Shown piece after piece: positions 10,178 to 18,326 of a DNA stretch of 64,000 nucleotides (positions are counted from its first letter, which is position 1; every line of letters begins with the position of its first letter). This DNA is from an uncultured SAR86 cluster bacterium. Lineage in GTDB: Bacteria; Pseudomonadota; Gammaproteobacteria; Magnimaribacterales; D2472. Location of the stretch: the NCBI GenBank assembly GCA_902557645.1, contig CACEAP010000004.1, positions 11,803-75,802 of the forward strand. The letters are read 5' to 3'. The position numbers and the translations under genes were made by a program. The notes beneath the pieces were generated by a model. That model saw only the letters and a program-made list of their open reading frames with translations, did no database searches and was not told the origin of the DNA.

Positions 10178-11092
10178 ATGACGAATAAATTTATTGGAAT
10201 ATTGTTATTTATATTCCTTTTTATACCAGCATGTTTATACATTACTCTTAATAAAGAAAATATAGACATTAATGAGTTTAGAGAAGCCTCTGGATATGAC
10301 TTAGTGGAATTAAGCGATGGTATAACTGCATATAAAGACATAGGTAATAAAAGTGATAAAACTATTGTTTTGATTCATGGAGCAACCTTTGGTTCTCTTG
10401 CTTATGAAGATTATCTTGATGTTTTTGTATCTAATAATTATCGGGTCATTATTTATGATCAATATGGTAGAGGTTATTCTGATAGATTAACTGGAGATAT
10501 AAGTATTGAATTAATGGAAAGACAACTCAGTGAGCTTATTGAGTATTGTGAAATTGATAATGTTATTTTATATGGGGTCTCCTTTGGTGCAGCAGTAGCT
10601 GCAAAATATGCAGCTAGCAATATAGATAAAATTGATTTTATTGGATATCAAGTTCCATTAATTAATTCAGCAGATGTTCCACTTCTATGGCTTGTTAAGG
10701 CGCCTTTATATGGAAATTTATTATCTAGAGCTTTATTGGTTCCAACTGCTATAAATAGAATTAGAGACTATGAAGATTTAATGAGCTCAAAATTATTTAC
10801 TCATTTCACTGAGCAATTTAAGGTAATAGGTACAGAAAAATTTTTTACTAAGTTTTTTTTAAGTAACGCTATGGGAAATAGGCTTGATGATCATAATCTA
10901 ATTGGAAGTAATAATATTCCAAGCTATTTTGCATATTCAGATGAAGATATTGAGATAAATGCTAAGGATGTAGAGATAGCAATTAAAAATTATAATAATC
11001 CAATTGTAAAAAAATATCCGGGTGGTCACTTTTTTTCATCAGGAATAGAAAAAAAAGTTGCTCAAGAATTTATAAATAATATTGAAATCTAA
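10178..11092 (+). CDS. membrane-anchored alpha/beta hydrolase
   Basis: The track ORF starts at a TTG (10085) that would overlap the tetR start. The first ATG (10178) gives MTNKFIGILLFIFLFIPA as a TM/signal segment. Motifs: HGATFG and GVSFGA. Confidence 0.8.
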   Translation: MTNKFIGILLFIFLFIPACLYITLNKENIDINEFREASGYDLVELSDGITAYKDIGNKSDKTIVLIHGATFGSLAYEDYLDVFVSNNYRVIIYDQYGRGYSDRLTGDISIELMERQLSELIEYCEIDNVILYGVSFGAAVAAKYAASNIDKIDFIGYQVPLINSADVPLLWLVKAPLYGNLLSRALLVPTAINRIRDYEDLMSSKLFTHFTEQFKVIGTEKFFTKFFLSNAMGNRLDDHNLIGSNNIPSYFAYSDEDIEINAKDVEIAIKNYNNPIVKKYPGGHFFSSGIEKKVAQEFINNIEI

Positions 11093-11096
11093 ATAA

Positions 11097-11780
11097 ATGA
11101 CTAAACAAAAAATTCTTTTAATTGGCGCAACTGGTTTTGCTGGTAATCATGTAATGCAAAAACTTAATAATGATTTTGAAGTAATTACTCTATCTAGAAA
11201 ATTACCAACCAACCTAAGCAATAATACAAAAAATATAATATTTGATTTTTATAATTTGGATAATCAAACTGAATTACCAAAATCAGATCATATTATTTTA
11301 TGTATTGGCACTCCTTTGAAACTATGGGAATTAATATATGTTAAAAATAAAGATATGCCTGCTTTTGTAAAAGTTGATAAAGAATATGTCATTACGTTTG
11401 CGCAAGCTGCCTATAATTCTGGTATTAAAAATATATCAATAATTTCTGCAATTGGTGCTGATTCTAACTCTAGCAATAGATATTTAAGAGTTAAAGGAGA
11501 GGTTGAAGATGCTATTGTAAAAATTGGTTTTGATAATATTAATATTTTTCGTCCATCGCACATATGTGGCCGTCTTAAATGGGAAAAACAAAATAGCTCA
11601 AATAGACTTGATATGTTTATCGGGGAATATGCCTCTTTAATAACAAAACCTCTTATGTTTGGTCCGCTTAGAGATTTTAAGGGTATAGATGTAGAAATAT
11701 TAGCCCAATCAATTGCAAATAATGTAAACAATAAAAATACTGGAATTCAGTATTTTACATATGATAATTTTATAAAGTAA
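11097..11780 (+). CDS. NAD(P)H-binding atypical SDR / epimerase-like protein
   Basis: N-terminal Rossmann motif LIGATGFAGNHV; 227 aa. Confidence 0.75.
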   Translation: MTKQKILLIGATGFAGNHVMQKLNNDFEVITLSRKLPTNLSNNTKNIIFDFYNLDNQTELPKSDHIILCIGTPLKLWELIYVKNKDMPAFVKVDKEYVITFAQAAYNSGIKNISIISAIGADSNSSNRYLRVKGEVEDAIVKIGFDNINIFRPSHICGRLKWEKQNSSNRLDMFIGEYASLITKPLMFGPLRDFKGIDVEILAQSIANNVNNKNTGIQYFTYDNFIK

Positions 11781-12473
11781 TTAATTCCAACGCGAATAAT
11801 CAGAAAGAGCATTCTTTATTTTTTCTACAACATCAGCCTGAGCAACATTTTTAGTTTTTTCATAAAATGGATGTCCTAAGGTTGCAAGGTCTTCAGCTTT
11901 TTCTATAACTCTATCCATAAAATTTTCAGGTGAAGCAAGTTCATCTATATAACCTGCCGCAACAGCTTCTTTCATACTTAATGGATCTCCATTTAAAACA
12001 GCTCTATAAAAATACCTTTTATTTACTCTAGACTTAACAATTTCCATAATTTGAGTTGGGATATCCATATTATTTCTAACCTCATTGGCTTGGCATATAT
12101 ATTCTCCATCAATTGCTATTCGATAATCTGCGCAGCAAGTAACAAATATTCCTAATGCCACTGAATGACCTGGAACAGCAGCAATAATTGGCCTGGGAAA
12201 TGAATACAATGTGAGCAAAGTCTCATAACCTAAGGTAACCATTTTAATAATCTCATCTACATCTCCAGATCCAAGTGTTTTTAAATCAAATCCACCTGAA
12301 AAAATACCTGGCCTACCAGCAATAACTAAAGATCCAGAATCTTTTGGAACCTGATCCAAACAATCATTTAAAGTTCGTAACATCTTGTATGAAAAAACAT
12401 TAGCTTTTCCGTCATCAAGGGTGATTATTGAAATATTGTTCTGCTTCTTAAAAGTTGCAATAGAATCAGCCAT
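11781..12473 (-). CDS. enoyl-CoA hydratase/isomerase (crotonase) family protein
   Basis: ITLDDGKANVFS...AGRPGIFSGGFDL oxyanion-hole region typical of crotonases. Confidence 0.85.
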   Translation of the reverse strand: MADSIATFKKQNNISIITLDDGKANVFSYKMLRTLNDCLDQVPKDSGSLVIAGRPGIFSGGFDLKTLGSGDVDEIIKMVTLGYETLLTLYSFPRPIIAAVPGHSVALGIFVTCCADYRIAIDGEYICQANEVRNNMDIPTQIMEIVKSRVNKRYFYRAVLNGDPLSMKEAVAAGYIDELASPENFMDRVIEKAEDLATLGHPFYEKTKNVAQADVVEKIKNALSDYSRWN

Positions 12474-12576
12474 AAGATTTTTTTATTAAATAATAATGTC
12501 AATTAATATAATACATTTAAAGGATCTTTTTCTATAGTAGACTATAAAAATTAAATACAAATATTAAATATAAAAT

Positions 12577-13185
12577 ATGAGTTACGAGGAATTCAGAGTA
12601 GTACTAGTAGTTTATATTTCAGCAGTATTGCCTATTTTTATTTACCTTAAAAATAAATCTAATTTGCCTTTTTGGGTGCCGACTATATATTTAAGTTCAT
12701 TCATTGTTTGCGCTATAGGATGGGAGCTATGGTTTACTTATGGGTGGATTGATGGTGATTCTGTATCGATAAGGCGTTCTGAAGCTTTAAATTATTGGCT
12801 ACCTATTCATATAAATTGGTTAATGAACTCATTAGCTGATGCTGGAACTATTACCCTTGGAGGTTTATGGTTGATGTGGCGCTTTACTGGAAAGAATTTA
12901 AATATATTTACATATTGGAATTGGAAAGCTTTTTCAATCTTTATGGTTTGGTGTATTGCACAAAATATTCTAGTTGAAATATTCCTTTATCATGATCAAT
13001 TATCAATAGGAAAAGATCTTTCATGGGCACCATTATCACCATTAGGCCCATACATTAACCCTTTATTATTAGAATTTAATAATAGAAGTTTGATGCTGCA
13101 GACTCAAATTCCTTGGATAATCCTTCCAGCTTTTATTTATAAGACAGTAATATATTTAAATAAAAAAGGGAGTCATGTGAAATGA
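12577..13185 (+). CDS. Trp-rich polytopic membrane protein, unknown function
   Basis: 202 aa with about 5 hydrophobic segments and many W residues. No recognised family. Confidence 0.55.
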   Translation: MSYEEFRVVLVVYISAVLPIFIYLKNKSNLPFWVPTIYLSSFIVCAIGWELWFTYGWIDGDSVSIRRSEALNYWLPIHINWLMNSLADAGTITLGGLWLMWRFTGKNLNIFTYWNWKAFSIFMVWCIAQNILVEIFLYHDQLSIGKDLSWAPLSPLGPYINPLLLEFNNRSLMLQTQIPWIILPAFIYKTVIYLNKKGSHVK

Positions 13186-13190
13186 CTCCC
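13162..13190 (-). terminator. rho-independent terminator of the lipoprotein gene, embedded in the 3' end of the convergent gene
   Basis: Perfect 9-bp stem GGGAGTCAT/ATGACTCCC (13168-13176 / 13182-13190) with a 5-nt loop. On the minus strand it is followed by a T6 run. Confidence 0.55.
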
Positions 13191-13270
13191 TGAACATTAA
13201 GCATTTTAGCGATTATGCTGATGGGTATGTTGGGAGAGAGTTATAAAACTTACCCATCACACTGAAATAC

Positions 13271-15151
13271 TTAATAATGAGATTTAGTTTTAAAACTAAT
13301 TTCTCCAGAAGTTGAACTTTGTCCATGGTAGCCTTGCCCAGCAGGCATATAGAAGGTAATCCCAGGATATTCTTTAAACTCATGTGCATGTTGACTATCT
13401 CCAGCATCAGCTGTTCTTAAGTAAACTTTATGGGTATAACCTGAAGCACCTTTATATGGACCTACAGAGATTGTGCCATTTACCTCTAAAGCTCCAGATG
13501 TTTGATTGATATCTAGCTTTGATTGATCAAATGTTGTTACTATCTCTATTCTTCCATTCGTATACATACCTGAATGCACACCACAATGAGGATATAGAAT
13601 TGATGGTGTGTCAGCTGATACTGTAAGAGTATTGTTTGACTGGCTCCATCCTTCGTTTGAACCAATATTGTTATTTCCAGCGGTATCATCTTGGGTAGTT
13701 GATATTTCAAATGGGTGTGCAGCAAAAACACTATTTGCAGTTGGCTCAAAAACTATAGTATCTCCAACTCTTGCATAAATTACTAACGCAGTTGAATCAG
13801 CATTAACTCCATCAATTGTGTAATATGCAGAACCACTATTTCCAACTGAATAGGATGTAGTTCTAAAATTTTCAACATCTGTAAGATTTGTTCTTGAGCT
13901 TTTATCTGATATCCACTGCAAAGTGTTAAAGATTATTTGATCAATTTCAGCACTATCAACCGTATCATCTAAAATCCCCTTAAGAAGAGGAGTAACATAA
14001 TCTCTTGCTGTCATCGAGAAATATGCCTGCTCATTATTAGAATCAACATAAACTTTTTGAAGAAATGATGAAAAACTTCCAGATAAGTTTTCTAGCTGGG
14101 TATTTGTAACTGTATAGTTTGGTAAATCGAGATTTATCAGTACGTCTCTAACTAAGGTTGTATCACCAAGGGATGTTTCAACTAAAGCATCTCGATTAAA
14201 AATAGCATCATTAATAGTAGAAACAGCTGTTAAATCTGTAACACCTGACTGACTTTGAAGAACACTAAGTGCCTCATACATCATTAGAAGTTGGGTATTT
14301 ACTAAAGCTGCTTTATTTAATGCCGCATCATTAACACTTAGATAAGGATCATCGAAACGAATCATGAAGTTTGAATCGACACCAAGCTTTTCCTTTAAAG
14401 ATTCATAAGAGAATCTATTATCCACATAAAGCAAAGTGCTCAATGGTGAAATAACAAGATTTTGCTCAGTTATAGGATCGATTAATCCCATTATAAATGA
14501 ATCTGCATCATCAGTAACAGGATTAAAACCATCTTCAGCTAATAATTTTATAGCGGTTGTAATATCGTCATCTATTTCTAATGAGAATGATCCATCTACG
14601 TTAGTTGTAGTTGAATAAGTTGCACCTTCACAAGTATCATCACCATCTGCATCAGTTACTGCCATGCAAACAGTTGCAGATTGGATATATCCATCTCTTA
14701 TCAAAACCCCATCAAAATTACTTGTTGTAACATCATCAGAAGTATCATTGGTAACTGTAACTGTAAAACTCTCAGTGTCTGAAGCAGAACCATCTGAAAC
14801 AGTAACTGCTAATTGATAATTGTTATCAGCATTCATATCACCTGGTATCTCAAAATCAGGTGCAGTAATAAAGGTAACAACGCCAGTTGAACTGATATTA
14901 AAAAGACTAGCATCATCTCCACCACTAATTGTATATGTAAGAGTATCTCCATCAGCATCAGAAGCTTGGACTGTAAAAGCAGCAGTTTGATTTTCTAAAA
15001 CGGAGAAAGAGGTAGTTGATCCATCTATAATAGGGGGATTATTAGGACTATAGCCGCCGCCATCTGAACTACCTCCACCGCCTCCGCCACCGCCTCCACA
15101 GGCTGTGATAAATAAAACTGTAATAATTGAAATTTTTAAATTTTTATACAT
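13271..15151 (-). CDS. surface/periplasmic lipoprotein: Gly-linker + cadherin-like domain + helical middle region + cupredoxin-like domain
   Basis: ATG at 15151 is preceded by GGGAG. Lipobox LFITAC followed by G9. Cadherin-like repeat (FSVLENQTAAFTVQASDADGDTLTYTISGGDDASLFNI...YQLAVTVSDGSASDTESFTVTVTN). C-terminal blue-copper pattern AAHPFE...YPHCGVHSGMYTNGRIEIV. Confidence 0.8.
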   Translation of the reverse strand: MYKNLKISIITVLFITACGGGGGGGGGSSDGGGYSPNNPPIIDGSTTSFSVLENQTAAFTVQASDADGDTLTYTISGGDDASLFNISSTGVVTFITAPDFEIPGDMNADNNYQLAVTVSDGSASDTESFTVTVTNDTSDDVTTSNFDGVLIRDGYIQSATVCMAVTDADGDDTCEGATYSTTTNVDGSFSLEIDDDITTAIKLLAEDGFNPVTDDADSFIMGLIDPITEQNLVISPLSTLLYVDNRFSYESLKEKLGVDSNFMIRFDDPYLSVNDAALNKAALVNTQLLMMYEALSVLQSQSGVTDLTAVSTINDAIFNRDALVETSLGDTTLVRDVLINLDLPNYTVTNTQLENLSGSFSSFLQKVYVDSNNEQAYFSMTARDYVTPLLKGILDDTVDSAEIDQIIFNTLQWISDKSSRTNLTDVENFRTTSYSVGNSGSAYYTIDGVNADSTALVIYARVGDTIVFEPTANSVFAAHPFEISTTQDDTAGNNNIGSNEGWSQSNNTLTVSADTPSILYPHCGVHSGMYTNGRIEIVTTFDQSKLDINQTSGALEVNGTISVGPYKGASGYTHKVYLRTADAGDSQHAHEFKEYPGITFYMPAGQGYHGQSSTSGEISFKTKSHY

Positions 15152-15327
15152 AACTATCTCCCAGAACAAAGTGTTCTATAAACTGGGCGTCTAAGATATG
15201 TAAAAAATAAAAATGTCTCTTTAAATTAAGATCTAAGCAAAGCAGTAATTTGTAGTGACAATTTAAATAATTAATATTTTTATGTCAAATAAAAATTATT
15301 TATTGTATTTAAAGCATTAATAAAGCT

Positions 15328-15356
15328 ATTAATATGTAGTTTTACTACATATTAAT
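15328..15356 (-). terminator. 12-bp perfect stem-loop spanning the stop codon of 15345..15929 (possible terminator)
   Basis: ATTAATATGTAG (15328-15339) / CTACATATTAAT (15345-15356) with loop TTTTA. The stem is AT-rich and the downstream U-tract on the minus strand is only patchy. Confidence 0.4.
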
Positions 15357-15929
15357 TCCCCAAATAGTATTTAAGCATTTATCTTCAGCTACAGTAATAG
15401 CAAAAGACCAATTCTCCTTGCTATAGTTTCTGTCCATCAAATCTAATATTTTATAAATATATACCATTCCATTAGCTCTATCCCATTCAAAAATGGCATC
15501 TAAATGATTAAGGTTAAGAGGTGTAATAGAATCTGGCCAACCAGGTATAACTTCAGACTCAATTAAAGATTTAATCTCTCTATCACTCCTAGACCAACGG
15601 AAAATGATCGGATTATCATTTTTAACATCATAACTTGATTGATATTCTATTAACTCATCTTCAACACATTGATCAAAATTACGAGTTTTAGAAACTTTAA
15701 TAAGCAAATCTCTATCAAGCTCATCTTGACTTTTTGCTAAATCACCCCAAAAAAATTCAGGATTATCTTTCACAATATTTTCTAATTTATCTGTTATTGG
15801 TTTTGTAATTCTTCCATCAGATATAACTCCAAGTATTACTATTAAAAAAATACTGTAAAGTACAATCATTACACATCCCTCGAGCACACTAGCTTCGCCC
15901 TCTTCTTTAGACTCAAAGTTATCATTCAT
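15345..15929 (-). CDS. N-terminally membrane-anchored hypothetical protein
   Basis: 194 aa with one TM segment (VMIVLYSIFLIVILGVI). No recognised motifs. Confidence 0.55.
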   Translation of the reverse strand: MNDNFESKEEGEASVLEGCVMIVLYSIFLIVILGVISDGRITKPITDKLENIVKDNPEFFWGDLAKSQDELDRDLLIKVSKTRNFDQCVEDELIEYQSSYDVKNDNPIIFRWSRSDREIKSLIESEVIPGWPDSITPLNLNHLDAIFEWDRANGMVYIYKILDLMDRNYSKENWSFAITVAEDKCLNTIWGINM

Positions 15930-15931
15930 AA

Positions 15932-16390
15932 TTAAAAAGACTTAAATAAAGTTTTAATATTGGATATTAATGATGGATTGCCTTGAAAACTTTTAATGCT
16001 TTCATCTGGCCTATTCCAATCATGAGATGAATCTGTAAAAAAATTAGAGTCAATTTTGAGCCAACTTGAATCATCTAAAGTCCCAGCCTTTATATAATAA
16101 ATATGAGGTATAGCTTTGGAGTAACTTAAAATACCAGAACCGCAGTTATCACAAAAACCACGACATACATATACTCCTGAAGATCCTTTAACATTATAAA
16201 ATTTGGGTGTTCCTATGACTTCTATATATTTCTTTGGTATAAATAAAATAGTAGCTTTACCAGAGCCAGTTGATCTCTGGCAATCTTTACAATGACAATG
16301 ATGAGCAGATATTAACTTTTTAGAATTAAAACTATAACTAATTTCTCCACATTGACACTGACCAGATTGATTCATTAATACAGTATACAT
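15932..16390 (-). CDS. GFA (glutathione-dependent formaldehyde-activating)/CENP-V family Zn protein
   Basis: Cys pattern CQCGEISY...CHCKDCQRSTGS...CDNCGS is typical of the GFA family. Confidence 0.85.
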   Translation of the reverse strand: MYTVLMNQSGQCQCGEISYSFNSKKLISAHHCHCKDCQRSTGSGKATILFIPKKYIEVIGTPKFYNVKGSSGVYVCRGFCDNCGSGILSYSKAIPHIYYIKAGTLDDSSWLKIDSNFFTDSSHDWNRPDESIKSFQGNPSLISNIKTLFKSF

Positions 16391-16393
16391 TTA

Positions 16394-17269
16394 TTAAAAT
16401 AATTCTAATAACATACACCTCAATGATCCGCCTCCAACATCTTCAATATTACTTATATCTGTATGAATTACATCGTAATAGTAATTTTTTAGATCATGAA
16501 GATTGCTACTTGAGAAATTTCTATATGCCCTTGAAGACATTAACAATATTTTATTATTATTTATATCTCTGACTTCAAGGCAATTTCCACAGTAATTCCT
16601 AACCTCATTTTCAGATAATCTAATAACTCTATGATGCTTTTGTAACAAGCTCTCTACATTACTATTTCTAATAAGATCTGATCCGATACAAGCCACCTCT
16701 GTACCAATAAACATTAATACATTAGTATGATAAACAGGTTGCTCATTAAGATATGAACTAAATACTTCTAAAGTATAGCCTCGTTCAAGCGACCATTGAT
16801 TACCTAATTCAACACATGATCGCTCCGATGAAGATAAATATGCCACCTTATTTACTCTATCTAAGACTAAAGAACCTGTACCCTCTAAAAATTTATTATT
16901 TTTTTCATAAATAGAATAGTCATTTTCCAGCTTATAAGTTTTTTGTAAGAAATCTATATTATCTTTTGACCTCTCTAACCTTCTATTAGGATTATGCATA
17001 CTAAAAAGATCATATGTATTATCAGCATAAGTAATAACCCAGTTATTTGGAAATATTCCATCTAAGCATCCTTTAGGACTATTTAATATTTCAAAATCTA
17101 TATTGTTTTGATATAGGGTTTGCTTTAATTTTAAGTGCTCATTAATTACTAATTTTAATAAGTTCTTTTGGGATTTATTTGTTTGAAAACAATTAGTTTT
17201 AGCTGAGTTTTGATCAAATCCAAATGATGATGGTTTTACTATGGCCAATTTATTGGTTGATTGAAACAA
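16394..17269 (-). CDS. amidinotransferase-superfamily hydrolase (arginine deiminase-related, CtlX-like)
   Basis: N-terminal IVKPSSFGFDQNSAKTNCFQ and a C-terminal catalytic-Cys motif GGGSLRCMLLELF, as in guanidino-group-modifying enzymes. Confidence 0.75.
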   Translation of the reverse strand: MFQSTNKLAIVKPSSFGFDQNSAKTNCFQTNKSQKNLLKLVINEHLKLKQTLYQNNIDFEILNSPKGCLDGIFPNNWVITYADNTYDLFSMHNPNRRLERSKDNIDFLQKTYKLENDYSIYEKNNKFLEGTGSLVLDRVNKVAYLSSSERSCVELGNQWSLERGYTLEVFSSYLNEQPVYHTNVLMFIGTEVACIGSDLIRNSNVESLLQKHHRVIRLSENEVRNYCGNCLEVRDINNNKILLMSSRAYRNFSSSNLHDLKNYYYDVIHTDISNIEDVGGGSLRCMLLELF

Positions 17270-17277
17270 TTTAGATA

Positions 17278-17418
17278 TTAGTTATTATCAAGACAGTCTG
17301 TAAGAACAGTTGCAACTTGAGTTTGAGCTTCTTCACATTCGGATTTAATAAGTGTGTTTGGACATCCTAATAACACAAGCGCAACGAGAATTACTGCAGC
17401 AAGAGCTCTAGATTTCAT
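17278..17418 (-). CDS. 46-aa putative lipoprotein
   Basis: An internal ATG of the track ORF gives MKSRALAAVILVALVLLGCPNT, a signal peptide plus lipobox LLGC. The ATG overlaps the stop of the upstream mini-ORF (TAATG). Confidence 0.45.
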   Translation of the reverse strand: MKSRALAAVILVALVLLGCPNTLIKSECEEAQTQVATVLTDCLDNN

Positions 17419-17837
17419 TAAAAAATAAACCAGTAAAGCATCAGAGGTAGAAGTATAAATACTAAACCCCAAGTATATATATTAAATTTTTTATCATTAG
17501 TTGTAATGATAAAAATAACCATCCCTAAAACGCTAATAATAAATGCGGCAATAACTATATTTAAATTCAATATCTATCCACCCAAATCTTTAAAATATTT
17601 ATAGACATAAACTGCAAAAGCTAAAAGTATTGAATAGCCTATAAGCTGACCATATTTTTTATAAAAATCTATCACCATTTAATCCTATCTTTCACAACTA
17701 AATAAAGTAGGACAATAAAAATTAAATTTCCAATTAAGTAAGTTGTATAGCTCATGAAATTATTTTATAACAAAAAACTAGAAGTAAAATACTTCTAACA
17801 GTAAGATTGTTAAAACAGCAAAAAGTGCTCCATACAT
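17418..17837 (-). other. train of four short hydrophobic ORFs (19, 27, 34 and 50 aa) with coupled stops/starts
   Basis: My own minus-strand translation. 17778..17837 gives MYGALFAVLTILLLEVFYF. 17672..17755 gives MSYTTYLIGNLIFIVLLYLVVKDRIKW. 17574..17678 gives MVIDFYKKYGQLIGYSILLAFAVYVYKYFKDLGG. 17418..17570 (TTG start) gives LNLNIVIAAFIISVLGMVIFIITTNDKKFNIYTWGLVFILLPLMLYWFIF. Confidence 0.35.
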
Positions 17838-17853
17838 AAAATTTTTCCACCAG

Positions 17854-18159
17854 TTACTCATACCCTCTCCTTTTTTTTATGAACCAATATCCTATTAATG
17901 CTATTAGTAATTCTAAAACTAGAAGACCCATATCACTATTAGCCAATTCACTACCAGTATATATAATTGCAAATCTCATTAAAGCAAAGCCGCTCATAAA
18001 AATCGTAATACTCCACAAGGCTAAAAGTGATAAAAAATTATTAAAGGCAGAAATAATCCAAAAGATCCCTATGACAATATACAAACCATAATGATCAAAA
18101 CCAGCTAAAGTAATTAGGCCAATAGCTATAAAAATTAAAAAAATTGATTCTATTCTCAT
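17854..18159 (-). CDS. small polytopic membrane protein
   Basis: 101 aa with 3-4 TM segments. Heads the train of mini-ORFs. Confidence 0.5.
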   Translation of the reverse strand: MRIESIFLIFIAIGLITLAGFDHYGLYIVIGIFWIISAFNNFLSLLALWSITIFMSGFALMRFAIIYTGSELANSDMGLLVLELLIALIGYWFIKKRRGYE

Positions 18160-18235
18160 TTACAAAATTATAGTCTAGTAGTCATGAAAAATAGACATCA
18201 AATTCAAATGCTTTAAAATAGCCAGTCTTAGCGTT

Positions 18236-18325
18236 GGAGAGATGGCAGAGCGGTTGAATGCACTAGTCTTGAAAACTAGCAAGGGGGCAACTCCTTCCAG
18301 GGTTCGAATCCCTGTCTCTCCGCCA
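18236..18325 (+). tRNA. tRNA-Ser (anticodon UGA), CCA encoded
   Basis: GGAGAGA acceptor pairs with TCTCTCC. Anticodon stem CTAGT/ACTAG with loop CTTGAAA (anticodon TGA). Long variable arm, T-arm CAGGGTTCGAATCCCTG, discriminator G plus CCA. Closely resembles E. coli serT. Confidence 0.9.
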
Positions 18326-18326
18326 G

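Noticed and set aside
12474-12576. Shared TATAGACTA-like words between the 12.5-kb and 27.2-kb intergenic regions as a possible common regulatory motif
   Set aside because: On closer reading the words are not the same orientation or sequence (TAGACTATA versus TATAGACTA). They are short AT-rich strings expected by chance.
13213-14618. Short ORFs 13213..13407, 13546..13749 and 14436..14618 overlapping the cadherin/cupredoxin lipoprotein gene
   Set aside because: They are alternative-frame or antisense ORFs within a 1.9-kb gene that has coherent domain content. There is no independent support for them.
15071-15097. Run of nine Gly codons as a possible slipped-strand phase-variation tract
   Set aside because: The DNA is a mix of GGT/GGA/GGC codons (acc tcc acc gcc ... 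on the plus strand), not a homopolymer or perfect short tandem repeat. It is more simply a flexible lipoprotein linker.
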